A DNA stretch of 64,000 bases from positions 219,438 to 283,437 of the forward strand of contig CAVVEC010000002.1 in assembly GCA_963747105.1 (NCBI GenBank), read 5' to 3'. Below, one piece after another: positions 8,697 through 18,549 of the stretch. How positions within the stretch are numbered: position 1 is the stretch's first letter; each line of letters opens with the position of its first letter. Under the pieces are notes generated by a model. It saw only the letters and a program-made list of their open reading frames with translations, ran no database searches and was not told the DNA's origin. Source of the stretch: an uncultured Acidobacteriota bacterium (GTDB lineage Bacteria; Acidobacteriota; Terriglobia; Terriglobales; Acidobacteriaceae). The position numbers and the translations under genes were made by a program.

Positions 8697-9870
8697 ACAT
8701 CTTTTTTGGCGTGTCGCCTGAAGGATCACCCAGGAAGGTCGCGTTCGTGGCAGCCCGTTGCGACACGATCGTAGCCGGATTGTTGCCAAAGCCTAGCGTG
8801 AACGCATGACGCCAAATCTTTTTCTGGATGCCAAAGCCGAACTCAGGACGATGTATGCCTAATTCGCGGCCATTCACCAGGGTGGGCGTGACTTCCGCAA
8901 CCAGCGCGACAGTGGGACGGATGTCTACGGACGCTGCCATGCCCAGAGAAACCGTGTTGGCGCAGGGCTTCAGGATGAGCGACCCCGAAGTTCCGTTCGC
9001 CACAGGAGCGCTGCAAGGCTGGTCAGGAATCGCATCCGCCAGAGTGGGATTGGAATCTTGAAGCAGCGGTCGGGCATGAATGGAAAACGTTGGCACAGCG
9101 TACAACTGCGCGCGTCGGCCGAGGCTGCGAGAGACAATCAGCTCAAAATTCTCCGCGAAATTCCGGCTAAAGTTGTTCTGTCCGTCCACCGAGAAACGGA
9201 CGGCTGCATTTAGAGGATTCCCATCATGCTCATCGAGAAAGTTATAGGCTGCCATCAGCTCAATCGGTCGTCCAATGAAGCTCGGCGAACGGTAGGCGAA
9301 CACGGAAAGCCGCGATGTCACTCCGTAACGGAAACCGAATGAGGGAATAGCAAAGTTATCCAAGCCGAGCAACGTGTCGCCACGTCCAGCCGTGGTGAAG
9401 GCGGGCTCAAACGGAAACCGGTGAGTGAAATTGATGTACAGGCCGTGACGCGCCACCCGCCGTCCCGTGGGCACGGTGAAAACGTTATCGTCTCCCGGCT
9501 TGTAGACCGTGTCCTTCTTCTTGGCAGGAGCAGGTTCGGTCGGAGTTTGGGCAGCGCTGGACGCTTGCAGGCTCGAAGCAGTAGCCGTTGATGACTCCGG
9601 AGTCGTTACTTCCCGAATCTGATGCGTGGCCAGGTCTACTACGTAATTCTTCCCGTCGCGCCGCACCATAACCTGGGAGGTCGAGCCTTCGACGAAGGAA
9701 ACGCCCACGTCCGCGGGTGTAACCGCGCCCTCTGCCCCCTGCGGCGACGATGATGAAGTCGGCTTCGTCGCGTCCGCAAGAGTAACCTGTGAAAGCGCGA
9801 GCGTGCCCAACGTGAGGATACCGGTAAACACAACTGATGCGACTCTATTCCGCATGCTCTCTTGGCTCAT
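8662..9870 (-). CDS. Putative outer-membrane beta-barrel protein
   Basis: A signal peptide (VVFTGILTLGTLALSQVTLADA) is followed by a Ser/Thr/Ala/Pro-rich linker, alternating amphipathic strands and a C-terminal ...GFDLTRQVF ending in Phe, as in OMPs. Confidence 0.65.
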   Translation of the reverse strand: MSQESMRNRVASVVFTGILTLGTLALSQVTLADATKPTSSSSPQGAEGAVTPADVGVSFVEGSTSQVMVRRDGKNYVVDLATHQIREVTTPESSTATASSLQASSAAQTPTEPAPAKKKDTVYKPGDDNVFTVPTGRRVARHGLYINFTHRFPFEPAFTTAGRGDTLLGLDNFAIPSFGFRYGVTSRLSVFAYRSPSFIGRPIELMAAYNFLDEHDGNPLNAAVRFSVDGQNNFSRNFAENFELIVSRSLGRRAQLYAVPTFSIHARPLLQDSNPTLADAIPDQPCSAPVANGTSGSLILKPCANTVSLGMAASVDIRPTVALVAEVTPTLVNGRELGIHRPEFGFGIQKKIWRHAFTLGFGNNPATIVSQRAATNATFLGDPSGDTPKKMFIGFDLTRQVF

Positions 9871-10082
9871 GTTTTCCCTCTTAGAATTGCTGTGTGTCTT
9901 TCCTGCCAGCTAGCTGAACAGCAGGAGCCCCAAGCTCAACCCAATCAGAGTCAGCGACCATCCTAAAGCCAAGTCCAACGGGGTCATCTCTGACGCCTCG
10001 GAGCACTGACCGTTGCTGGCTCAATGGAAAATAATTACAATCGCAGCATAGATGCGCGGGTGCGAAGTTGGTGTCATACAAA

Positions 10083-10110
10083 TGTCAACACTCTGTCACT
10101 TCTCTGTCGA
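10083..10110 (-). promoter_or_regulatory. Array of three hexamers phased at 11 bp, reading TCGACA/GTGACA/TTGACA toward the minus-strand gene that starts at 9870
   Basis: On the plus strand TGTCAA lies at 10083, TGTCAC at 10094 and TGTCGA at 10105, spaced exactly 11 and 11 bp. Confidence 0.6.
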
Positions 10111-10141
10111 AAGTGATTGATTCGATGTTGTCTCCCGGAAC

Positions 10142-10168
10142 TTGCAATCTGTTGACAACTCCGTGACA
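10142..10168 (+). promoter_or_regulatory. Array of phased hexamers TTGCAA/TTGACA/GTGACA reading toward the plus-strand gene at 10237
   Basis: TTGCAA lies at 10142, TTGACA at 10152 and GTGACA at 10163 (spacing 10 and 11 bp). It mirrors the array at 10083-10110. Confidence 0.55.
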
Positions 10169-10236
10169 AATGCCCGGCGCATCTTTTCTATTTTGAATTC
10201 TGCTACGGAGTCAACCTTTAATAACGGAGACATGAG

Positions 10237-10602
10237 ATGAAAACTTGCTTCGGTCGCATTCTACTCCTGCTTTCGACCACCTTGCTGGCTTTGCCACTTT
10301 GGGCTGGACAAAGTGACCCGCAGGTTTTCACCGGTGAAGTCATGGACTCGCTCTGCGCAAAGAACGGATCGCACGACGAGATGATGGACGAAATGAAAAG
10401 CATGGGGCGCGACAAGGCGTCCTGCAGTCAGAAGTGTATTCAGCTCGGTGCAAAGTACGTCCTGTATGACGCGGCCAAGAAGACGGTTTACAACCTCGAC
10501 GACCCGGACAAGGTTGAATCATTCGCCGGCCGGAAGGTCCGCGTCTCTGGAACCCTCGAAAAGAATAAGATCAAGATCGCGAGCGTCCAGGCCGCAGACT
10601 AG
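10237..10602 (+). CDS. Small secreted Cys-containing protein (possibly DUF5818-like)
   Basis: A signal peptide (MKTCFGRILLLLSTTLLALPLWAGQ) is followed by a 96-aa mature part with three Cys and a ...GRKVRVSGTLEKNKIKIASV tail. The family assignment is tentative. Confidence 0.6.
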   Translation: MKTCFGRILLLLSTTLLALPLWAGQSDPQVFTGEVMDSLCAKNGSHDEMMDEMKSMGRDKASCSQKCIQLGAKYVLYDAAKKTVYNLDDPDKVESFAGRKVRVSGTLEKNKIKIASVQAAD

Positions 10603-10704
10603 TCGAAGTCTGGCGAAGATTGAGCTGGGTGACATCGCAGCACCTAAAGAAAGCGCCAGTCAGACTTTCTCCTGGGCAGGCGCAAGCTGGGGAATCCTGT
10701 TCGG

Positions 10705-11764
10705 TTGCCGCCCCTCACTCCTCCTGGCGCGGAATATGCAGCGAACAGACGCACCGTCGGCAGACCGGATCTGTCTTGACATCCAGGTTTGCGCGAAAGC
10801 GCAACGCCTTGGGACTGTTCACAATCTCATGCAGCTTCTGGCTGTGAATACTTCCCAGCGCCGGGATGGAAGAAGCATGGGCGGACCTCGCCCGAGGCCT
10901 CGATCACCGCGGAAACCCAAGGCGCATTGCAGCGCGGAGCAACGTGCTGTGCCTGGCCGACGTGGGCGCGGAAATGGTGCGCAATGCGACGCAATTTGGC
11001 GGGCCTTTCCACCACAAATCCAAAATCCAAGTCGCAGCCGTGTTCCTGGATGAGCCGTTTGACTCTCCTCCAGTGCTTCGACCTCCTGTGCATTCAGGGC
11101 AACCCGGTCCTGGCGCTTGGATGACCGACCCTGCGGACGATTGAAAGCCTGGAGGTGAGGTCGGCCGCAAGGAACGAAATTGAGTTCAGACCAACTTCCT
11201 TCGCGGACTGAGCGGCGGCGCACAGTGAGTGATGGTTTGCCTTTTGAACAGTGCAGCGGGCGTGGAACGCCATGTCAGATCGGAACCTTCGCACCGCCAT
11301 CACCCCTGCCACCATTTGCTCAAAGGCGTTCGAAACGCGGCGGATGCGATTGTGCACGGCAGGTGGCCGTCAAGGAAGACGGTCACGTCGTTAATCGTCG
11401 CCGCAATGCTTTCAGCTTGCGATTCCAACAGCAATCCCGCGGTAAGAAGAGTGACACGAATTCCCCCGGCGCGAAGCATCTGCGCCAGGGTGAACAACTG
11501 GTTATTCAGCTGTGCTTCGCCGCCGGAGAAGACTACCCACCGAACTCCCAACTCGCGGAAGGAAGCCAACTGATGTTCGAGATCAGCGGGCGTGATTTCT
11601 TTCGGCTCGCGAATCCGCCAGATGTCGCACATCGCACAACGACAGTTACATTGGTTGTGCGGCGAAATAACCACGACCGGCATGGTACGGATCGTGTGCG
11701 CAGCCAGATCGCCAGTGTCATGCGCTGATTCGCTCGGGACCGAAATGGATACAAGGGAACTCAT
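10705..11764 (-). pseudogene. Radical SAM protein with SPASM/twitch-like C-terminal cysteine motif; about four frame changes
   Basis: The core reads MPVVVISPHNQCNCRCAMCDIW (CxxxCxxC), GVRWVVFSGGEAQL. Later segments lie in other frames: HNRIRRVSNAFEQMVAGVMAV..., QAFNRPQG...ALNAQEVEALEES, KRLIQEHGCDLDFGFVVE...RCNAPWVSAVIEASGEVRPCFFHP (C-x12-G-x4-C), and ALGSIHSQKLHEIVNSPKALRFRANLDVKTDPVCRRCVCSL-stop at 10705. Confidence 0.8.
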
Positions 11765-11866
11765 CAGCTTTGCACTTTAGCCCAGAGCAAGTAAAATTTT
11801 GCCGCTCGGCGCCGCGACAGGCGTGCCTTGACCGGCGCAGCGCCCAGCCGATCCCGTACCACGGCT

Positions 11867-12763
11867 TCAGAGTGGTCCACCGCAGTGATAATTTTCTTGC
11901 CACTCGTTCAATATTTCCGGTGTGAGATATTCACGGCTAGCAATGCTGTCGGAACGGAATCCGTACCGCTTTTGAAATGCCGCCCCCTTCTCTTCGAGCA
12001 TCGCCCGGCCACTCTCATCACGCGAATACAACGGAGAATCTGCGATGATCACATGGCCGGGGCGTCGCAAGCAGCGCAAAGCTTCACCGAGAGTCCCCGC
12101 GTAATCAACGGAGTAATGAAAGGAGGCGTTAAAGACGACCACATCAAACTGTTCTGCGGCAAACGGCAACCGATCCATTTCGGCTTGAAAGCGCGGGAAA
12201 GGCTCTGGGAGGTGCTGAAAATAGTGCTGGGCCGCGCCCAGACCGTCCGCATCATTATCCAGCAGGTCGACGGCGGCCGGCAGATGACCGCGGAGTGCCA
12301 GGCGATAACTCAACCACCCATTGCCGGCTCCGAGATCCAGCACGTCGCAGCCTCGAGGAAAAGTTCGCTCGATTTCAGGCAACACCTGTTTTTCCAAGTG
12401 ACGGAAAGTCCGACCGCGGATTCGCCACTGCCAACCGTTATTTCCTGTGAGGTCCCGAAAGGGAAGAGCCAAGTAGTAGTCCGCCGACGAAGAGCCCCGC
12501 CCCTCCTTGACCCGGACCGCTTCGTACTGCTCCACGAACTGCTGAAAATGGAGTTCGCGGCCCGGGGCTAAGGCGCGCAGGATTCCACCCATCTCGGAGA
12601 TCACGAACCCACATCCGGAACAAGCGTGGCGAGCAGAGGCGGAATGGAAAGCTGGAAAATCTTGACGGCAAGCCGGGCAACGGAGCCGTAGCGGCGTTTC
12701 CGCTCGGCGTGGCATCGTGATGATTTCCGCGGCAACCGCCGGTGATGCTGAGGCCCTGGTCAT
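11867..12763 (-). CDS. Class I SAM-dependent methyltransferase with N-terminal zinc-ribbon (CPAC...CSGC)
   Basis: LRCPACRQDFPAF...HACSGCGFVISEMGGILRAL is followed by the SAM motif VLDLGAGNGWLS and FDVVVFNASFHY. The start overlaps the stop of the upstream methyltransferase by 4 nt. Confidence 0.8.
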   Translation of the reverse strand: MTRASASPAVAAEIITMPRRAETPLRLRCPACRQDFPAFHSASARHACSGCGFVISEMGGILRALAPGRELHFQQFVEQYEAVRVKEGRGSSSADYYLALPFRDLTGNNGWQWRIRGRTFRHLEKQVLPEIERTFPRGCDVLDLGAGNGWLSYRLALRGHLPAAVDLLDNDADGLGAAQHYFQHLPEPFPRFQAEMDRLPFAAEQFDVVVFNASFHYSVDYAGTLGEALRCLRRPGHVIIADSPLYSRDESGRAMLEEKGAAFQKRYGFRSDSIASREYLTPEILNEWQENYHCGGPL

Positions 12764-13578
12764 ACAGCCTCACGCTCAAATCTCAACAGGATGTGATCGC
12801 CAAGCCCGCGAATACCCGGACAGAGACCAAGCATCGAATCCACGCGAACGCCTAACTGCAACACACCCGGGAATCGGCGAACCCACGGCTCGACGTAGCT
12901 CGGCGGCACCGCGACCCCAATTCCCTTGAAGGATTTGAGGCGAAACTCGGGAGCAAAAATGCGCTTGAGCCACCGTACGGGGGGGTAACGCACGTGCACG
13001 AGTGCCCCATCTGCGACTCGCGCGGTCACTCCTCCACGGCGCAGACGCCGGAGTGCCTTTCGTGGGTTTCCCTGCCCGAGGTACCAACCGACTTCCCACA
13101 GGCAGCAGGGACCCATCAGACACAGCAGCGCGGTCGCGCCGGGTCGGAGCAGCCTCCCCAAGTTTCTTGTCAATTTCCCGAGATCCGCAACACAATTGAG
13201 GGCGCCAAAGTTGGAGAACACGCCGTCAAAAGACCCACTGCTTTCCAGGCTGCCGATCTCCTCTGCAGCCAGCACGTGCGCCTGCACGAAGCTGTTCTTC
13301 ATGGCATTGCCAGCCCTGCGCGCCGTGACCTCAATCATTCGAGGTGAGCTATCGCAAGCCACCACCGTTACTCCCCGCTCGGCTAGGAAGCACGCGTCTA
13401 CGCCGGTACCGCAGCCAATTTCCAGCACGCGATCCCCGGGATGAAATGTCCTCTCCAGCTCTTTCCACACCGATGCACGCTGCGCCTGGCCAATCCGCGA
13501 TTCGGTGAAGATCTCGTCGTAGCGATCAGCGATGGCGTCGAATGGAGCCGAATAGACTTGTGGGTGCGCCAACGACAT
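12760..13578 (-). CDS. Class I SAM-dependent methyltransferase
   Basis: FDAIADRYDEIF...GDRVLEIGCGTGVDACFLAERGVTVVACDSSPRMI...FDGVFSNFGALNCV carries typical Methyltransf_11/25-type motifs. Confidence 0.85.
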   Translation of the reverse strand: MSLAHPQVYSAPFDAIADRYDEIFTESRIGQAQRASVWKELERTFHPGDRVLEIGCGTGVDACFLAERGVTVVACDSSPRMIEVTARRAGNAMKNSFVQAHVLAAEEIGSLESSGSFDGVFSNFGALNCVADLGKLTRNLGRLLRPGATALLCLMGPCCLWEVGWYLGQGNPRKALRRLRRGGVTARVADGALVHVRYPPVRWLKRIFAPEFRLKSFKGIGVAVPPSYVEPWVRRFPGVLQLGVRVDSMLGLCPGIRGLGDHILLRFEREAV

Positions 13579-13581
13579 TTT

Positions 13582-14995
13582 CTAGGCCTCAACCTCAACG
13601 GCACTTGCGCGTAGACCCGCGCGAGCATCCTTGATATCGCGTTGCAGAGATGCGATAGCGGAGACATCGGCATCCACGTTGTGTTGCAGCCTCTCGAGCT
13701 CCACCTCGCTGCGCAGCAACGCATCGGCGAACCCGTAGAATCGCCGCGAATGCCGGCCACGAATACGGGCTTCTCTATCGGAGCCGATGTCCCACGGTTT
13801 GAAGGTGTCAACCCGCTGCGCCACTTCTGAGAAGTAGGGCGTCCCTTTGATGGGATAAGCAACCGTGGTGAAGAAGATATCGGGATCGGTTTTTTTGACA
13901 TGCTCCACGGTGGCCTCGATATCGGAAAGTTCCTCACCTTCGTAGCCCCACATCAGAAACATTCCGATCTGAATTCCGTTCGAGCGGCACGTAGTTACCG
14001 AATTTTGCACTTGCTCTACGGTCACTCCCCGTTCCATGGCGTCCAGAATTCTTTGCGATCCGCTCTCAGACCCAATCCAAACACGGGAACAGCCTATCTC
14101 AGCCAGTGTTTCCGCAACTTGAGGGTTCAGCCGGTCGGCGCGCGAAATGCACTCAAAGGGAAACTTGATCTTGCGGCGCTTGAGTTCCGCAGCATACTGA
14201 AAGAGCCAACCATGGTGAATGGTGAATACGTCGTCGGCCATCCACGCCATTTCGGGCTGATAACGGTTGATCAACCATTCAAGTTCGTCGGCTACAGAGA
14301 CAGGCTTCCTGCGCCTATGGGTTTTCCCGAAGACATCGTGGCTGCACCAGCGGCAATGGTAAGGACAACCGCGGGCAGTGATGAGGGAAACAGAGCCCAT
14401 GCCGTGGTGCTCACGCCAAACCGCAACATACCGCGCCACATCGATGGATTCCCGGGCAGGCCACGGCTGCGCATCAATGTCCCTGATTTGCTCGCGCGGT
14501 TTTGTCCGGATCACCGATCCGTCCGGCCCGCGGAAGGCAATGCCGTCAATTTGCTGCAGTGTTTCGAAATGATTGCGACTTTAGCGCCGGCACCAATTCT
14601 TCCAGGGTAACTTCACCCTCGCCGATGACAACTACATCTGCTCCGGCTGCGAGGTACTCGTGAATATAGGCGCCCGGCTCCGGCCCACCGACAATCGTCT
14701 GCCAGCCCGCCTCCTTGGCGACGCGGAGAATTTCGACTGCATTGGGCCGTGTCATCAAATTCGCATACACGCCGACCACGGATGGCGGGCTTTGTCGGAG
14801 CAGGTCCCATAAGGCCTGACGCGACGAAAATGTTGAATCGAACACCTCGACATTCAGACCCTTCTTTCGCAAATGGGAGCAGATATAAAGGATTCCCAAC
14901 GGAGGGTAGGGCTTCATGATCTGGAGCTCCTTGGGATCCTCGTAAAGGAAATATCCGTGCGTGAGAAGAATATCCATAGTCCCGCGATTCCGCAT
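13582..14995 (-). CDS. B12-binding-domain radical SAM protein; single frame change near 14575
   Basis: The N-terminal fragment (14546-14995) reads MDILLTHGYFLYEDPKELQIMKPYPPLGILYICSHLRKKGLNVEVFD...VVIGEGEVTLEELV. The C-terminal fragment (13582-14514) contains ITARGCPYHCRWCSH and WIGSESGSQRILDAMERG. The junction sequence NHFETLQQIDGIAFRGPDGSVIRTKP is visible in the second frame. It is a paralog of the 15005-16519 product. Confidence 0.85.
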
Positions 14996-15004
14996 AGCGC
15001 GGAG

Positions 15005-16519
15005 CTAATCGTCACCGCTTGTCATGCCAGGGCCCGCGCGCAGCTGCACCAATGGCTCGCAGGCAAAACCAGGCAGAACTGTGGGACGCGCATTGCGGCA
15101 AGTCTTTTCCAGTCGTACCACCTGCTCCCACAGTTCATCCGGCTTGGGACGCCCTGGACTCGCGCCTTCTTGGCTAGTCGATGAATTCCAAAGATCCACT
15201 TGCGAATGCAGAGCGTCGTGCAAGGCATGATAAAACTCGTCGGTATAGGCGCCCTGAAACATCATTGCCAGATCCTCGCTGTCGGACCAATTAGTCTTTT
15301 CGCCCAACTGCGCATGCACCTGGTTGAAGAATTTGGTTCCAGGAAGAGGGTACGACACCGACACTCCAATGTCGTCCGGACGGGTATCGCGCACCAGTTG
15401 GGCGGTCTTCTGAATGTCCTCCCATGTCTCGCCCGGATATCCAAACTGCAAAAAATAACACGCCCGGATGCCCTGGCTCCGCAAGTTCTCCCTCGCCTTG
15501 GTGATCTGCTCGACCCGAGTGCCTTTGTCCATTGCATCCAGAATCTTTTGTGATCCCGACTCGGCACCCATCCAAACTTCCGCGCAACCTGCACGACGCA
15601 GGGCACCTACATTGTTGGCGGTCATCAGGTCCACCCGGGACTGCATCTTGAAGGGCACGGCAGCATCCGCCCTCTCGACTTCCGTGGCGAATTCGCGGAC
15701 CCAATTTGCGTGAAGCCCAAAGATGTCATCGGCAAACCAGAGATGCTCAGCGCCCAAATCGTACTTCAAACGGCGCATCTCTTCCGCCACACTCCAGGGC
15801 GACCGAACGGCAAACGAATCACCGTAAATGGGCTTGGCGCACCAGTTGCAACGAAACGGACAGCCGCGGCTGGAAACAATATTCATGGAAAAGTATCCGT
15901 GCGCAGCTTTCCAGGCGGCACGATATTCGTCGGCATCAATCAGGTCGCGAGCCGGGAATGGCAACAGATCAAGGTCTCGTATCAGAGGACGAGGGGCTGT
16001 CCGCATCAGTTCCCCGGTTTCCTCATCCAAGTACGACAATCCGGCAATAGCCGTGAATTGCCTGTCATCACCTTTCAAGAGCTGCCGAATCAATTCCAAC
16101 AATGTCCATTCCGCTTCCCCCAATAAGACGCAGCGGCAGCCCTTCCTTAGGTATTCGAGGGTGTGATCCGAAGCATCGGAGCCATTGACCAGGACTATTG
16201 CTCCTGCCCGCTGTGAGGATTCCAGAATGTGGTAGGCCACTTCTCGCATTCGGGTCAGGCACATCTTGGAAAGGAAGTTGAAGCTGTCCTCGTACACTAC
16301 TACGACACGTGGGCGATGCTGCTCAAGCGCAGCCTGGAATCCTTGCTCCGGATTGTTGAGCATGGTGTCAAAAACAGCGACCGAAATACCCACGCTTCGA
16401 AGGAGGGCTGCAGCATAAAGCGTACCGAGCGGCGGGTAAGGCTGCATCTTCCGCGTTTGCTTGCGGTCGTAATACACGTGATAGGAGTGAGTCAGCAGAA
16501 CGTCAGCCACGTTAGTCAT
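15005..16519 (-). CDS. B12-binding-domain radical SAM protein (class B-like)
   Basis: VLLTHSYHVYYDRKQTRKMQPYPPLGTLYAAALLRSVGISVAVFD is a Rossmann-like cobalamin-domain N-terminus. It also has VSSRGCPFRCNWCAK (CxxxCxxC), WMGAESGSQKILDAMDKG and an intact 504-aa ORF. Confidence 0.9.
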   Translation of the reverse strand: MTNVADVLLTHSYHVYYDRKQTRKMQPYPPLGTLYAAALLRSVGISVAVFDTMLNNPEQGFQAALEQHRPRVVVVYEDSFNFLSKMCLTRMREVAYHILESSQRAGAIVLVNGSDASDHTLEYLRKGCRCVLLGEAEWTLLELIRQLLKGDDRQFTAIAGLSYLDEETGELMRTAPRPLIRDLDLLPFPARDLIDADEYRAAWKAAHGYFSMNIVSSRGCPFRCNWCAKPIYGDSFAVRSPWSVAEEMRRLKYDLGAEHLWFADDIFGLHANWVREFATEVERADAAVPFKMQSRVDLMTANNVGALRRAGCAEVWMGAESGSQKILDAMDKGTRVEQITKARENLRSQGIRACYFLQFGYPGETWEDIQKTAQLVRDTRPDDIGVSVSYPLPGTKFFNQVHAQLGEKTNWSDSEDLAMMFQGAYTDEFYHALHDALHSQVDLWNSSTSQEGASPGRPKPDELWEQVVRLEKTCRNARPTVLPGFACEPLVQLRAGPGMTSGDD

Positions 16520-16759
16520 GCCTCGTCAAGCTTGGAACAGAAACCATCAGCAAACTTCGTGTGCGCGTTCGGCGAGGGCCCGGCACGACTTTGCGCTTCG
16601 CGGTCACTTTGCCTGCTGCACTACAAAAAAACTAGGAGCGCGCGACTCCCGCATCATTCTAAGTTGAGACAACGTCCTACGCGGCAGACCCCCACTCATT
16701 TTGCGCGCGCTGTTATGCAAAACGTATACCAGATTCTGGTGCTGACGTTCTAGACCAGT

Positions 16760-16787
16760 TGTCAACAGCTTGTCAAATTCCTGTCAA
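16760..16787 (-). promoter_or_regulatory. Three perfect TTGACA hexamers (plus strand TGTCAA) phased at exactly 11 bp, reading toward the minus-strand radical SAM operon (start 16519)
   Basis: TGTCAA lies at 16760, 16771 and 16782 in the 453-bp divergent intergenic region. Confidence 0.65.
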
Positions 16788-16832
16788 GTTTTGCTGTGCT
16801 GCCGCTCTTTGATGTTGGTCTGGTTTCGGAAT

Positions 16833-16860
16833 TTTACACAATGGTTACAATTCGGAGACA
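16833..16860 (+). promoter_or_regulatory. Three hexamers TTTACA/GTTACA/GAGACA phased at exactly 11 bp, reading toward the plus-strand radical SAM operon (start 16972)
   Basis: The hexamers lie at 16833, 16844 and 16855. The array mirrors the 16760-16787 array in the same intergenic region. Confidence 0.6.
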
Positions 16861-16971
16861 ATTCACCAATGTTGCCGCTGGTACTTTTCAGTTCTCGCGA
16901 CTAAAATCTGGCGATTGGGGATGCGTCGCCGTCTCGCAGTCTGAATTCTAGATCAGGATCGGGAGTATGAC

Positions 16972-18483
16972 ATGAGGTCATCGAAGAAAATCGTTTTTTT
17001 TGTCGCCTCATTTTCCAGTATCGAGGCTACCGCTCCCCTGGGTATCCTCGCCATTTCCACCCCGCTGTTACGTGCTGGCTATGATGTTCGCATCATCGAT
17101 TCCACGATTTTCCCTGACTACAAGAAGCGGGTGTTGTACGAAGTACAGGACGCTCTTTGCCTGGGCATTTCCGTTGTGACCGGACCCATGATCCGCGAGA
17201 CCGTGGAGGTAGCCAAAGCGGTCAAAAAATGGGATCCAGAGTTCCCCGTGATTCTTGGAGGCTGGCACCCGTCCCTTCTCCCCCAGCAAACCCTGGAAGC
17301 CGGCTACGTAGACATCATTGTTCGCGCCCAAGGCGAGGAGAGCATGCTCGAGGTTGCCGAGCGCCTTCGGGACGACGCCCCCCTAGACGACGTTCTCGGC
17401 ATCGGGTTCAAGCGTGACCGCAAGCTTCACCTCACTCCCGAACGTCCTCTCAAGACGCTCGATAAAATGCCTGCGAAGGCATATGAACTAGCCGATTTTG
17501 ATGGCTATGAGAAGGTGTGCGGCCGCCGCTGGGCGATGTATGTTTCCAGTCTGGCCTGCCCGTTCAATTGTTTCTACTGCACCAATGCCGGGGTCTACGG
17601 TCGCAAATGGAATGCACTGCCGGTCGAGCAAGTCGTGGAAGAGACCATGGAGTTGACACGGCGCTATAACCTCGAACTGCTCTGGATGGCCGACGACAAC
17701 TTTCTCGTGGATCTGAAACGCGCGCTGGAAATCGCGGAAGGACTCGTGCGTGCGAAGGCCACCTTTAAGTGGAGTGTCCAGGCCACCACGAACCTGACTG
17801 CCCGCCTTAGCATCGAGGAATTGTCGCTGCTCAAGAGATCGGGGCTGCACCAAATCTGTCAGGGGATCGAGACAGCGTCTCCCACTGTGATGAAATTAAT
17901 GAATAAGGACTTCCAGATCCTGGGGGACATTTATGAGTCTACTGAACGCTGCATCAAGGCGGGCGTCATCCCTTCTTTCAACATAATTTTTGGCTACCCC
18001 GGAGAAGGCGCGAAGGAACGGCGCGAAACCGTCAACTTCATGATGGACGTTTGCCGTCGTTTCCCGGGAGCTGAATTCTGGACCAACATCTTCACACCTT
18101 ACCCGGGTTCTCCTATTTTTCACCAGGCGGAAAAGCTCGGGATTGAGGTTCCCAACTCGCTCGAAGGCTGGGTGGATTATTTCCCGCGCTACACCGTGCT
18201 GCCCTGGCTGAAAGGCCGGGATCATCAGCGGGTACAAACTATGCGGGATTATCTCCGAATCGCCTTTGATCGGGCTCCCATCGCGTTGAAAGGCCCTGGC
18301 ACGCTGGCCAAAGCAGTTCAGCATTTGACCGCCTATCCGGCGCGCTGGAGATTGGATCACGACTTTTACAATTTTCCCGTCGAGCTGTGGTTGAACCGGA
18401 CATTGAAGAACATCGTCAAGCTTCCCAAGCCCAGCGTAGACGCCAAGATGATGGGACCGGAACAGGCTCCGAGTTGCACCTAA
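16972..18483 (+). CDS. B12-binding-domain radical SAM protein (second subfamily)
   Basis: IVFFVASFSSIEATAPLGILAISTPLLRAGYDVRIIDST, VSSLACPFNCFYCTN and QGIETASPTVMKLMNKD, in an intact 503-aa ORF with a GGGAG Shine-Dalgarno. Confidence 0.9.
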   Translation: MRSSKKIVFFVASFSSIEATAPLGILAISTPLLRAGYDVRIIDSTIFPDYKKRVLYEVQDALCLGISVVTGPMIRETVEVAKAVKKWDPEFPVILGGWHPSLLPQQTLEAGYVDIIVRAQGEESMLEVAERLRDDAPLDDVLGIGFKRDRKLHLTPERPLKTLDKMPAKAYELADFDGYEKVCGRRWAMYVSSLACPFNCFYCTNAGVYGRKWNALPVEQVVEETMELTRRYNLELLWMADDNFLVDLKRALEIAEGLVRAKATFKWSVQATTNLTARLSIEELSLLKRSGLHQICQGIETASPTVMKLMNKDFQILGDIYESTERCIKAGVIPSFNIIFGYPGEGAKERRETVNFMMDVCRRFPGAEFWTNIFTPYPGSPIFHQAEKLGIEVPNSLEGWVDYFPRYTVLPWLKGRDHQRVQTMRDYLRIAFDRAPIALKGPGTLAKAVQHLTAYPARWRLDHDFYNFPVELWLNRTLKNIVKLPKPSVDAKMMGPEQAPSCT

Positions 18484-18549
18484 GAACGGGATGCTCTGGA
18501 CTGATTTTTGGAGCCCGACAGCCCTACAGCCCCGGCTAGGCCTAGATGC

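Noticed and set aside
9881-10081. 66-aa minus-strand ORF between the OMP gene and the hexamer arrays
   Set aside because: It lies in the promoter region, has no RBS and shows odd Cys/Asp composition. It is likely spurious.
11718-11903. 61-aa Cys/Trp/Arg-rich ORF bridging the methyltransferase and the SPASM-type radical SAM gene; considered as a precursor peptide
   Set aside because: It has a GTG start inside the methyltransferase coding region, no RBS, and overlaps both neighbours in a GC-rich region where such ORFs arise by chance. It cannot be excluded without conservation or Ribo-seq data.
16812-16904. 30-codon plus-strand ORF (MLVWFRNFTQWLQFGDNSPMLPLVLFSSRD) in the divergent rSAM control region
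   Set aside because: It overlaps the hexamer array and has no RBS. The region is better explained as regulatory DNA.
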